Shown here: one piece after another, positions 1 to 8,591 of the stretch | How positions within the stretch are numbered: the stretch's first letter is position 1 | How the letters are laid out: the number at the start of each line of letters is the position of its first letter | Virus record (IMG/VR): IMGVR_UViG_3300024520_000267 | Coordinates: 1-34,667 of that record | DNA: 34,667 nt | Source of the DNA: a virus | Taxonomy: Duplodnaviria > Caudoviricetes | Reading direction: 5' to 3' (one strand) | Notes under the pieces: model-generated | Database searches by the model: none | Told to the model about the DNA's origin: nothing | Seen by the model: only the letters and a program-made list of their open reading frames with translations | Program-made: the position numbers and the translations under genes

Positions 1-52
1 CATTAAAAGCAGTTACTAACAGTAGTGAATGTTCTATTAGGAGTAGTGAGTC

Positions 53-244
53 ATGAGAGTAACAACAAAAAATATAAACGAAACCGACTGTGTAAAAACC
101 CTTAATGAAATGTCACGTCATATTGACGTTGAATGGGACTTTGCAAAAAAGCAATGGGATATGGCGCATGATCTTCATGACAATTTACAGCGCGGAATAA
201 AGAGAAGATTTTTCGAGTTAAAAGAGAAGAAACAAACAGTTTAA
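53..244 (+). CDS. hypothetical protein
   Basis: 63 aa ORF; AGGAG upstream; ATG overlaps the TGA (54-56) of the junction-spanning ORF. Confidence 0.7.
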   Translation: MRVTTKNINETDCVKTLNEMSRHIDVEWDFAKKQWDMAHDLHDNLQRGIKRRFFELKEKKQTV

Positions 245-271
245 CAAGTACTGTTAACAAAAAGGTAGAAC

Positions 272-637
272 ATGATTTGTCCTAAATGTAAAAATATCGG
301 TCTTGGTTTTGTCACAGAGAAAAGACCTGAAGGTAATTCTGTCTGTAATAATTGTGAATATAAAGGCGCAACGTCAGAGTTTTTTCCTCATGACGGTCAT
401 GATCCGTATCGTGGTGACATACCTCCGGCTAGCGACGAAATGTTAGCTAGTAAATTTTCTGAATGGTATGAAAACTTATTAAAACCCAGTAACAGCACAG
501 GGAAATGGTTGCTCGCTGCTGACGTTATCGCACTCAAGGGCGTAGCAGCACAGTTGTATGTCGACGGTTACCGTCAATGCGAAAAAGATAACAGTATTAA
601 CAAAACCATTGGGGGTTTAAGTGATGACACTAGATGA
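272..637 (+). CDS. hypothetical protein with N-terminal zinc ribbon
   Basis: CPKC...CNNC pair; AAGG upstream. Confidence 0.7.
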   Translation: MICPKCKNIGLGFVTEKRPEGNSVCNNCEYKGATSEFFPHDGHDPYRGDIPPASDEMLASKFSEWYENLLKPSNSTGKWLLAADVIALKGVAAQLYVDGYRQCEKDNSINKTIGGLSDDTR

Positions 638-794
638 ATATATAAAATTAAACCACAAGGAACTTGCGGAAGATATTGAAGCGCACATTTCACTTTATGT
701 GGAAGAGTACTCTTCGTGTAAAGGTTTATACCGTTGCATTATGGCATCAATAAGACAGCATGAAACCAATGGTACAGGAAATACTGATGAATAG
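624..794 (+). CDS. hypothetical protein (56 aa, not in ORF track)
   Basis: MTLDEYIKLNHKELAE...TGNTDE; GGGGG upstream; tiles with neighbours. Confidence 0.6.
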   Translation: MTLDEYIKLNHKELAEDIEAHISLYVEEYSSCKGLYRCIMASIRQHETNGTGNTDE

Positions 795-909
795 AGACTA
801 TTTTAACTTTAAGTTTAGAGTTATGAAGAAATGGTATTGGAAGCCTTATTACTTAAATCATATTAGTAGTTTTGGTTGGGGTTGCTTCATTATTCACATA
901 AACCAATAG
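787..909 (+). CDS. small aromatic-rich hypothetical protein (40 aa)
   Basis: MNRDYFNFKFRVMKKWYWKPYY...; AGGA upstream; fills the gap between neighbours. Confidence 0.5.
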   Translation: MNRDYFNFKFRVMKKWYWKPYYLNHISSFGWGCFIIHINQ

Positions 910-922
910 TAGAGGATAAACT

Positions 923-1057
923 ATGAGTAATCACATAGCGGATATAGTCGCAATAATGCTAATACAATACGCGCTTGTAATAATTTTAGGGTTAGGCGCT
1001 TTCGCTTGTCTATACTTATACTATTCGATATTCGTGGACGTGAGAGTAAGGAGATAG
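923..1057 (+). CDS. small membrane protein (44 aa)
   Basis: MSNHIADIVAIMLIQYALVIILGLGAFACLYLYYSIFVDVRVRR; GAGGA upstream. Confidence 0.6.
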   Translation: MSNHIADIVAIMLIQYALVIILGLGAFACLYLYYSIFVDVRVRR

Positions 1058-1058
1058 A

Positions 1059-1259
1059 ATGACGAATCTTATAATAGCAATAATAATGAACGTGCAAGTA
1101 TGCGACGACTTTCCGAAAACGAGACTCCGGTGCATAAAAGATATGGCGAACACGATTAAGATGTGCGACACGGTTAGATGTATCGAGGATGAAGCAACGA
1201 TAATTTGGTCGATGCACGATTACTTGAACGAGACGAAGCCGAACGAGGAAAAGAAATGA
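1059..1259 (+). CDS. hypothetical Cys-containing protein, possibly exported
   Basis: AAGGAG upstream; hydrophobic N-terminus; four Cys. Confidence 0.65.
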   Translation: MTNLIIAIIMNVQVCDDFPKTRLRCIKDMANTIKMCDTVRCIEDEATIIWSMHDYLNETKPNEEKK

Positions 1260-1813
1260 AAACAGTTAATTTTATAGAGGGATATGTGGGGTTGTACTCT
1301 ATAACAGAAGAGTATCATGTTTATTCGCACTATAAAAATAAGCAACTCAAACCGCAGATAATGAATGGATATTTTTGTTATAGACTTCACAAAAAAGGCG
1401 TAGCTAAAACAAAATCGCTTCACAGGATATTAGCAGAATCGTTTATAGAAAGAGTCGACGGTAAAAATCATGTTAACCATATAGACGGCAATAAGTGTAA
1501 TAACAACATTCACAATTTAGAGTGGTGTACTGTATCTGAAAACACGAAGCACGCATGGGGTAACGGTTTAATAGACAGAGAAAATATTAATTTAAAAAAT
1601 GCGTTTAACAAAAACAGAGTGAGCCACCACAGGTCAAACAATTTAAGAAAATTAACGCTAAATGATTGTAATTGGATAGAATCAAACTACGTTAAAGGAA
1701 GTAAAGGGCTGTTTAGCGCAAAAGAGATAGGTATAAAATATGGCGTTACAAAACATTTAATATACAAAGTTGTTAGTGGTAAATATAACTTCAAAAAAGA
1801 ACTAGGGTTTTAA
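1256..1813 (+). CDS. HNH homing endonuclease (NUMOD4/HNH_3-like)
   Basis: HRILAESF...VNHIDGNKCNNNIHNLEWCT..EN..HA motif; C-terminal HTH-like segment; start placed at the ATGA overlap (1256). Confidence 0.9.
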   Translation: MKTVNFIEGYVGLYSITEEYHVYSHYKNKQLKPQIMNGYFCYRLHKKGVAKTKSLHRILAESFIERVDGKNHVNHIDGNKCNNNIHNLEWCTVSENTKHAWGNGLIDRENINLKNAFNKNRVSHHRSNNLRKLTLNDCNWIESNYVKGSKGLFSAKEIGIKYGVTKHLIYKVVSGKYNFKKELGF

Positions 1814-2083
1814 ATGGGAAGCAATAGCGAGAGTTTTGAAGCTTGGTTTAGCGAGAGTTTGAAAAGCAAGATGCAGAATCTTCCTTACAATAGAGATTCT
1901 TTAATAAGAGACGCTTGGAACCACCAACAAGCAAATATTGATAAACTAGAGAAAGAGAACGAGATGCTTAGAGAGTGTGTTGAATTAATGAGAAAAACTA
2001 TTCAAGGCAATAAGTATTTATGCTTACAAGAAAAGATTAGAGCAACATTAAAAGCAATAACAGAAACAAGGAAGGGGAAGTGA
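1814..2083 (+). CDS. hypothetical coiled-coil protein, paralog of the ORF at 34421
   Basis: Shares ESF, I(D/E)KLE..N..LR and TLKA(I/V)T blocks with the junction-spanning ORF. Confidence 0.7.
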   Translation: MGSNSESFEAWFSESLKSKMQNLPYNRDSLIRDAWNHQQANIDKLEKENEMLRECVELMRKTIQGNKYLCLQEKIRATLKAITETRKGK

Positions 2084-2331
2084 GTGAAGAGATAAGTAAC
2101 CTTAACATGGTAGAGCATTGTCATAAAATTATATCTTTATATGAAGGTTCTCAAAACGCAATGAGGTCACACATGAGTGAAAGCAAGAAGCTTGGAGCTG
2201 AACGCGACCAACTTAAAGAGCTATTGAAAGAGGCTTGTGATTATATAGATAGATTCACGCTCGAAATGCATAAACGAGACGATGAAGAGCATTTTTTAAA
2301 CAAGAAAGAAATAAAAAAACTCAGAGATTAG
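2080..2331 (+). CDS. hypothetical protein
   Basis: GTGA start/stop overlap; GGGG upstream. Confidence 0.65.
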   Translation: MSEEISNLNMVEHCHKIISLYEGSQNAMRSHMSESKKLGAERDQLKELLKEACDYIDRFTLEMHKRDDEEHFLNKKEIKKLRD

Positions 2332-2427
2332 ATATGGTAATTACATATCAGGGTCAATGAGCCTTAGTGAGATGAGTTTATTATACACTAAGTAACCCAG
2401 AAATTAAAAAGATACTAAGCGAGTAAT

Positions 2428-2457
2428 TTGACGCCCCATATTCCTTTACAGTAAGAT
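2428..2457 (+). promoter_or_regulatory. candidate sigma70-type promoter for the packaging/structural operon
   Basis: TTGACG (2428-2433) N18 TAAGAT (2452-2457), in the gap upstream of terS. Confidence 0.45.
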
Positions 2458-2506
2458 TGATATAACCCAACGGGTAACATTAATTTGACTACGTTAAAGG
2501 AATGAT

Positions 2507-2986
2507 ATGGCAAAGAAGAAAGCGACTAAGAAAGTTGCTAAGAAAACTACCAAGAAAACTGGTAGACCTACCAAATACACTCAACAACAAAAAGATACAT
2601 TATTGCGACTTGCTCCACTAGGGTACACTAATAAAGAAATGGCTAACCTTATAGGGTGCGCGGAGTCCACATTTTACAAACTTATGGAAGACGATCCAAT
2701 CTTTTCGGAGTCCTTAAAGATATCTAAAGACTTGGCAGACTCACTTGTAATAGACTCATTGTTTAAAAAAGCTACGGGGAAAATATCTACAAAGGAAGTG
2801 GTAAGCGGCATTTGTCCGAATACCGGTAACATAATCGAAAGTACGAGAGTGAAAGAAATCGCTCCCGACACTACATCAATGATCTTCTGGCTCAAGAACC
2901 GTAGACCGGACCAATGGCGAGAGAAGCAAGTTATCGAACATCAAGATGCAACAATAAAGATCGACGTTGACGACTCGGGACTTTAA
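2507..2986 (+). CDS. terS: terminase small subunit
   Basis: GRPTKY, HTH segment and PDTTSMIFWLKNRRPDQWREK motif; directly upstream of terL. Confidence 0.9.
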   Translation: MAKKKATKKVAKKTTKKTGRPTKYTQQQKDTLLRLAPLGYTNKEMANLIGCAESTFYKLMEDDPIFSESLKISKDLADSLVIDSLFKKATGKISTKEVVSGICPNTGNIIESTRVKEIAPDTTSMIFWLKNRRPDQWREKQVIEHQDATIKIDVDDSGL

Positions 2987-4269
2987 TGAGCTTTAAGAAA
3001 ACCGAAATACAAAAGAAAGCCGTAAAACTCCTAGGAGGTATCGCCAAGCACAATATGTTGTTTGGCGGCTCATGATCTAGGTCCGGCAAAACTTTTATCG
3101 CATGTTACGCTATTATAATACGAGCCTCTAAAGTTAGGTCGCGGCACGCAATACTTAGAAAAACGTTTAACAGTGTTAAAACGTCTATATGGATGGATAC
3201 AATACCGAAGATTGTTGACATCGCTTTTCCCGAATTGAAAGATTCATGGTCTAATAGAAACAAAACCGATTATGTTTGGGTGTTACCTAACGGCTCGGAG
3301 GTATGGGTCGCAGGGTTAGACGATGATAAACGTGTCGAGAAGATTCTAGGGAAAGAGTATTCAACTATCTACTTCAACGAGTGTTCACAATTAAGTTATG
3401 CGTCTATTCAAATCGCCCTTACAAGACTAGCAGAAAAGAACACACTATCTAAAAAGGTGTATTACGACTGTAATCCGGCTTCTAAAAAACACTGGGCTTA
3501 CTGGCTCTTTGAGAAAAAGGTCAATCCGGTCGAGTCGGAACCTCTTAACAATCCCGATAATTACGTCAGTTTGTTAATGAACCCGTCAGATAACATCGAA
3601 AACATAGATGAAGAGTATATAGAATTTCTTCAAGGCTTACCAGAGAAGGAGCGAGCAAGATTTCTTCGCGGCGAATATTCAGACGGAGACGACGGGCTAG
3701 CATATTACTGTTTCGATCAAGAGTTACATATCCACAATGTCGAAAGACAAGCAAGATCTACGACGCATATCGGAATGGACTTTAACGTTATGCCAATGAC
3801 AGCGGCGTGTGCTTCCGTTGTTAATGGAGAGATTCACGTATTCGATGAAGCTTTCTTAGAGAATAGCGATACGCAAAGAATGGCTCATCATTTAGCAAAG
3901 AAAGGTTATCACGGAACGATATATCCCGATTCAACGGGGAAGAACCGGAAAACGTCAGGGAAGACGGACCACCAAATCTTAAGAGATAACGGGTTCCACG
4001 TTCAATACGTACACAATCCTATTCAGTATGATCGAGTGAACAACGTTAATAGACTTTTACAGGACGGTAAGGTTAAAATTAATCCAAGATGTAAAAAACT
4101 TATAAACGACTTAAATAAGGTCTCTTGGAAAGATAATAAGCTAGATCAAAAGACTGATAAGATGTTGACCCATGTTTCAGATGCGTTCGGTTATTTATGT
4201 TGGAACCTAATGCCCTTCTTTGAAGCACCAAAACAGTTAACACATACGCACATGAGGGGCGAAAAATGA
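2986..4269 (+). CDS. terL: terminase large subunit (PBSX-like), interrupted by an in-frame TGA at 3073-3075
   Basis: ATG 2986 overlaps the terS TAA; reads MSFKK...NMLFGGS*SRSGKT...; same frame as ORF 3193-4269, which has a Walker B-like TIYFNE, DCNP and nuclease motifs GMDFN and HVSDAFGY. Confidence 0.9.
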
Positions 4270-4448
4270 TTAAGATAGAAATGATAACAGATATAAGAGA
4301 CTCCGTTTTCATCGAGAAGATCGAGAAGATAGTAAACGAGAAGAACGCAACAATTCACTATATCGGTTACAAAATGGCATACGCTCATTACGAAGATGAG
4401 CCAACAAAGCCCGTTAAGAAGAAAACAAAAAAGAAAGTAACAAAATAA
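4266..4448 (+). CDS. small hypothetical protein with Lys-rich C-terminus
   Basis: ATGA overlap with terL; GAGGGG upstream. Confidence 0.7.
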   Translation: MIKIEMITDIRDSVFIEKIEKIVNEKNATIHYIGYKMAYAHYEDEPTKPVKKKTKKKVTK

Positions 4449-4460
4449 GGAAGCATAATC

Positions 4461-5951
4461 ATGGATGAAAGATTATTAGATCAGGCATATAGAAAACAGT
4501 TAATAGAAGAGATTAAGGGAACGGAAAACCAAGAACGTTTACAAAACTCACAGGAAGAGTGGGACGTTTACGCCGGTAATATCCGCCCATACGTTGAGCA
4601 AAAGATATGTGACCGATTCAACGCGGAACTTGTAAAAGAGATTCCAATTGTTAGTTCGATTAACATACTGAAAAAGGTCGTAGATAGTCGCGCTTCACTT
4701 TACAAGGGCGAACCAACAAGAGACTTTACAGACTTATCAGAAGAACAAGAGGAAGCGGTCGAGCTTATCTATAGAGACATGCGTACCAACTTCTCTCTAT
4801 TAGAATCTAATAAGCTTTATGAATTGCAGAAGCTTCAAACACATTTATTAATAGAGCCTAAAAACGGTAAGCTAGTAATGCGTCCAGTAAAAGCGCATCA
4901 ACTTAATGTTGTACCCGATCACATGGACCCAGAAACGGGAGAAGTGTATATATTCTCTGCATATAATGAAATGGTTAACACAAATAAAGCTTCGTTAAAG
5001 AATCAAAACAACGTTAACGAGAAGATCGCAGACGTTGACGATTATCAAGCGGCAGAAGATCGCTTTATCGTTTGGTCTAAAGAGTATCATTTCGTAATGG
5101 ACGGCAACGGATTAATCTTAAATGAAGATATAGAGTCGCCTCTTGCTAGCGAAGGTGTCATGCCAGTAGTTCCAATTTCAGCAATGAAAGATTTCACATA
5201 TTGGCGAGAAGAGACAAACGATGTGGCAGAGTTTTGTGTTGATTATAACGTACATCAATCTATGCTCGGTCAAATTGTCGAGACTCAAGGCTTTGCACAG
5301 GCTTTCTTAAAGGCTCCATCTAACTTAATGCCTTCATACATAAACGTGGGTCCTAACAGAATCTTAAAGCTTGTAACGGACCCGAATAATCCAGACTCTA
5401 ACGTTGAGTTCGGATATGCAACACCTAACAGTGATATCGCAGGAGCGCAGGCATATAATGAATCGCTGCTAGCTCAATTCTTATCATCTCAAGGACTAGA
5501 GACAACTTCGATTAGTGGGCAAGCGTCTACAGATAAGTTTTCTAGTGGAACCGAAAGACTCTTAGCTCAGATTGAAAAGTTCGACGCGAGTAAAGAGACA
5601 ATGGCGATCTATAGAGACGCAGAAGCAGAAATCTACAAGATTGTTAAAGCATGGCATAACGTTCTTAAAGGAACGGGCTTACTTCTTTCTAAGTATGAAA
5701 CGACAGACTTTCCAGAAGATAGTGAAGTTATTGTTAAGTATAAAGAGCCTCAACACATGTTAAGTGAAATGGAACGCCTCGACATTGCGGAAAGGAAAAT
5801 GGATATGGGTATCTATGACAAGATAGACGCTATCGCTTTTCTAGAAGAGATTCCAAGAGATCAAGCAGAAGAACTTATTCCAAAAGAGGGTGATATATTA
5901 GTCGAGCCTAATGTTGAAACAGAAGTTATCGACGAAGAGAATAAAGCGTAA
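4461..5951 (+). CDS. portal protein
   Basis: 496 aa; follows terL; SPP1-like C-terminal layout (SSG...VIVKYKEP). Confidence 0.8.
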   Translation: MDERLLDQAYRKQLIEEIKGTENQERLQNSQEEWDVYAGNIRPYVEQKICDRFNAELVKEIPIVSSINILKKVVDSRASLYKGEPTRDFTDLSEEQEEAVELIYRDMRTNFSLLESNKLYELQKLQTHLLIEPKNGKLVMRPVKAHQLNVVPDHMDPETGEVYIFSAYNEMVNTNKASLKNQNNVNEKIADVDDYQAAEDRFIVWSKEYHFVMDGNGLILNEDIESPLASEGVMPVVPISAMKDFTYWREETNDVAEFCVDYNVHQSMLGQIVETQGFAQAFLKAPSNLMPSYINVGPNRILKLVTDPNNPDSNVEFGYATPNSDIAGAQAYNESLLAQFLSSQGLETTSISGQASTDKFSSGTERLLAQIEKFDASKETMAIYRDAEAEIYKIVKAWHNVLKGTGLLLSKYETTDFPEDSEVIVKYKEPQHMLSEMERLDIAERKMDMGIYDKIDAIAFLEEIPRDQAEELIPKEGDILVEPNVETEVIDEENKA

Positions 5952-6568
5952 TGAAACGACTCGCCGGCAAATCGACACGTACAAAAGACAAGGTTGAGCA
6001 AACGTTAGACGTTAGTAAGATTCTTGGAGTTGACGTTTCCGGCAATCCTCGCTTAGTTCAAGAGGTCGGACAAGCTTTATTAGATCGAATTATTGATAGA
6101 ACAGTAGACGACAATGAAGATGTTTCAGGTAATAGATTCGACAGTTACTCGAAAGCTTATCGAGAGTCTGAGGATTGGGATGAGTTCGGAAAGAGTGCGA
6201 GTGATATCAACTTGTCTCTAACGGGCGACATGATGGACTCTCTCGACTTTAAAACGAAAGGCTCGAAAGTAACAATCAAAGTCTCAAAAAATGAGACGGG
6301 CAAAGCGTTTGGTAACATCTCAGGAATAAGAGGTAAAAACAAAAGCGTTATCAATCCGCGTGATTGGTTTGGCGTATCCGCTAAAGACGTAAAGAAAGTG
6401 AAATCAAAGTTCAAGGATGATATTGCTAACATCAAGGATGAAGTTAGTACCGCGAATGAACAGGCAGTTACCGATCTATTGACTGTTTCATTCGTGGACC
6501 AAGAGTCGCCGGAAGATGTTTTCAATTTAGCGTTTTCAGAACTATTCGAGGTTAACGATGGCAGTTAA
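5951..6568 (+). CDS. virion morphogenesis protein (Mu gpG / Phage_tail_S-like)
   Basis: G..F..YS..Y...NLSLTGDMMDSL...PRDWFG pattern. Confidence 0.6.
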   Translation: MKRLAGKSTRTKDKVEQTLDVSKILGVDVSGNPRLVQEVGQALLDRIIDRTVDDNEDVSGNRFDSYSKAYRESEDWDEFGKSASDINLSLTGDMMDSLDFKTKGSKVTIKVSKNETGKAFGNISGIRGKNKSVINPRDWFGVSAKDVKKVKSKFKDDIANIKDEVSTANEQAVTDLLTVSFVDQESPEDVFNLAFSELFEVNDGS

Positions 6569-7064
6569 GATTAAGAACGGTAAAGCTATAGAGAGGAGAA
6601 TTAAAAAAGCTGTACACGACTTTAAAAACAACCCGAAAGAGTTAAAGAAGTCGGCGGCGACTGTTCAAAACGAAATGCGTCGAAACATACGAGCCGGATT
6701 ACAGGTTAACGACACTCCTATGCCGCTATTGTCCGCCGAAACTATTAATAGACGCGTTGATATAGTCGAACTTAACACGAAATCCAAGTATTATAGCAAG
6801 TTCAAATCAAACGCCACTATAACGGGCGACTTTGTTAGAAAGTTATTCGCTAAACCGAAAGGCAACAAGATTATAATAGAGGGCTTGGGTACTCATAAAG
6901 GATATATCAATTCTGACGGGCTTATTCCTATTAAGAGTATGGTTAATATTAGCGACATTGTTAGAGGGTTCGCTTCTAGAAACGTAAAGCTTCTAGGGGT
7001 AACAGATAACGCCAAAGCTAAAATTAAAAATCAATTTATAAGATTCTTGCGACGCAAGAGATAA
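6558..7064 (+). CDS. second virion morphogenesis-like protein
   Basis: MPLLSAETI...NATITGDF...LLGVT resembles the previous gene; very basic. Confidence 0.5.
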   Translation: MAVKIKNGKAIERRIKKAVHDFKNNPKELKKSAATVQNEMRRNIRAGLQVNDTPMPLLSAETINRRVDIVELNTKSKYYSKFKSNATITGDFVRKLFAKPKGNKIIIEGLGTHKGYINSDGLIPIKSMVNISDIVRGFASRNVKLLGVTDNAKAKIKNQFIRFLRRKR

Positions 7065-7111
7065 TAACGAACGTCAAACTTATTTGACACGTAACATTTA
7101 CGGAGATTACA

Positions 7112-7714
7112 ATGGATGTAACGAACCAAAACGAGTCTACGACTCAAACTTTAGAGCCTACGGCGACAGAGACAGCAGCGAACATTGAAACAGTTAAGAA
7201 CCCAGAGGCGGTTTTAGCTAAGAATCGTGACTTATTGGCACAGCTTAAGAAGCAGAAAGAACAACTTTCTGGTTATGAAGAAGCTGACAAGGCGAGAAAC
7301 TTAGATAAAGAACAGGCAAAAGGGAACTACGAGGGCGTTATCTCTGCATTAAGAGACGAGCTTAAAGAGGTAAAAGGTAGAAGTGCCGACTCTGATAAGA
7401 AATATGCTTTCAATCGTTTCAGTGAACAGATTAAGTCTGCCGCTGTTAAGGAGCATTGTAAAAACCCAGACACGCTTATGAAGCTACTAAGTGTAGAGCA
7501 AATGAAGAGTGTTGAGATTGACGGAGACTTTAACGTCAATGCTGATGATCTTAAAAGATTGTTAGATGAAGTTAAGGAGCAATACTCTGATATAAAGTTG
7601 TTTGACAGTGGCAAAGTAAATATTAACCACGTTACAGGAACGCCAAGACAAGAAAGTAAAAACGTTGAGCCTCAAACTAAACAAGATATTATAGCTCAAC
7701 TAAGAAATTTATAA
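7112..7714 (+). CDS. capsid scaffolding protein
   Basis: Coiled-coil, charged; immediately before the capsid gene; GGAG upstream. Confidence 0.75.
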   Translation: MDVTNQNESTTQTLEPTATETAANIETVKNPEAVLAKNRDLLAQLKKQKEQLSGYEEADKARNLDKEQAKGNYEGVISALRDELKEVKGRSADSDKKYAFNRFSEQIKSAAVKEHCKNPDTLMKLLSVEQMKSVEIDGDFNVNADDLKRLLDEVKEQYSDIKLFDSGKVNINHVTGTPRQESKNVEPQTKQDIIAQLRNL

Positions 7715-7739
7715 ACCACATACCATAGGAAGGTAAAAA

Positions 7740-8591
7740 ATGGCTGCTAACAATCTAGCACAAACAAAAGCGGAACTATTTTCTAGTCTCGTACAGAAAG
7801 AACTTTTAGATGCAATTTCACTTGCTCCATTAGTAGAAGACCTATCAAGCATGGCTGTAAAAGGCGTTAATGTTGTTTCAGTTCCTAAGCTTACAAGCTT
7901 TACTGTTTCAGAAAGAGGTTTCGGAGACGCAGGTGCTGATAACGCTCCACTAGTAGACAGTGTTGATCAAATTCCACTTTCTCAAAACCCAATCGTTAAA
8001 TGGAATTATGATGCTGCAGACGCAATGCAATCATCAATTAACTACCAAATCAAAGCGGCAGAAAGAGCAGCAACTGCACATATCAGAAACTCTAACTCTA
8101 AGTTAATTGTTGGTATGATCGCAGCTTCTAACTTTTCAGCAGGACTTGTTGGTGCTGATATTACAGAAGACGCAATTCTTGCTATGAGATCGCACATTCT
8201 TAAAAACGAAGGTGATCTTTCTAAGACTGCTTTAATCGTTCCAGTTGATCAAGAAGAAGCAATGCTTAAGATTCCTAACTTTATCAGAAATGATTATAGA
8301 GGACTTGGTACGCCAATCGTTGACGGACAAATCGGAACTGTTTACGGTGTTAAAGTTGTAATTACTAACGCTACTTCTATGCCAGTTGATGAAGCTATCA
8401 TGGTAGAAATGTCAGGATACGGTTATGCTGTTCAAAGAGAAGCTAAGTATGGTGAACAACCTAACCTAGATTATGGAACTGAAGGTGTGAAAGCCGTTGT
8501 AGACACTACTTGGGGACATGGTCCATTACAAGTTAATGAAGGATACGCTGCGGCGGCTTCTAAGTCTGCATTAATCGCGACTATGAAATAG
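7740..8591 (+). CDS. major capsid protein (HK97 fold)
   Basis: 283 aa; VSVPK, GQIGTVYGVKVVITN motif; strong codon bias; synteny. Confidence 0.85.
   Translation: MAANNLAQTKAELFSSLVQKELLDAISLAPLVEDLSSMAVKGVNVVSVPKLTSFTVSERGFGDAGADNAPLVDSVDQIPLSQNPIVKWNYDAADAMQSSINYQIKAAERAATAHIRNSNSKLIVGMIAASNFSAGLVGADITEDAILAMRSHILKNEGDLSKTALIVPVDQEEAMLKIPNFIRNDYRGLGTPIVDGQIGTVYGVKVVITNATSMPVDEAIMVEMSGYGYAVQREAKYGEQPNLDYGTEGVKAVVDTTWGHGPLQVNEGYAAAASKSALIATMK

Noticed and set aside
3073-3075. Genome-wide TGA reassignment (Trp or Gly) or selenocysteine as the explanation of the terL stop
   Set aside because: Other long genes contain no in-frame TGA, and TGA acts as a stop in several start/stop overlaps (1256, 4266, 14327, 29944, 31161). 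Decoding it would still leave two extra residues in the P-loop.
3193-4269. The ORF-track start at 3193 as the real terL start
   Set aside because: It would omit Walker A and has no clear SD; the upstream in-frame sequence is clearly terminase.
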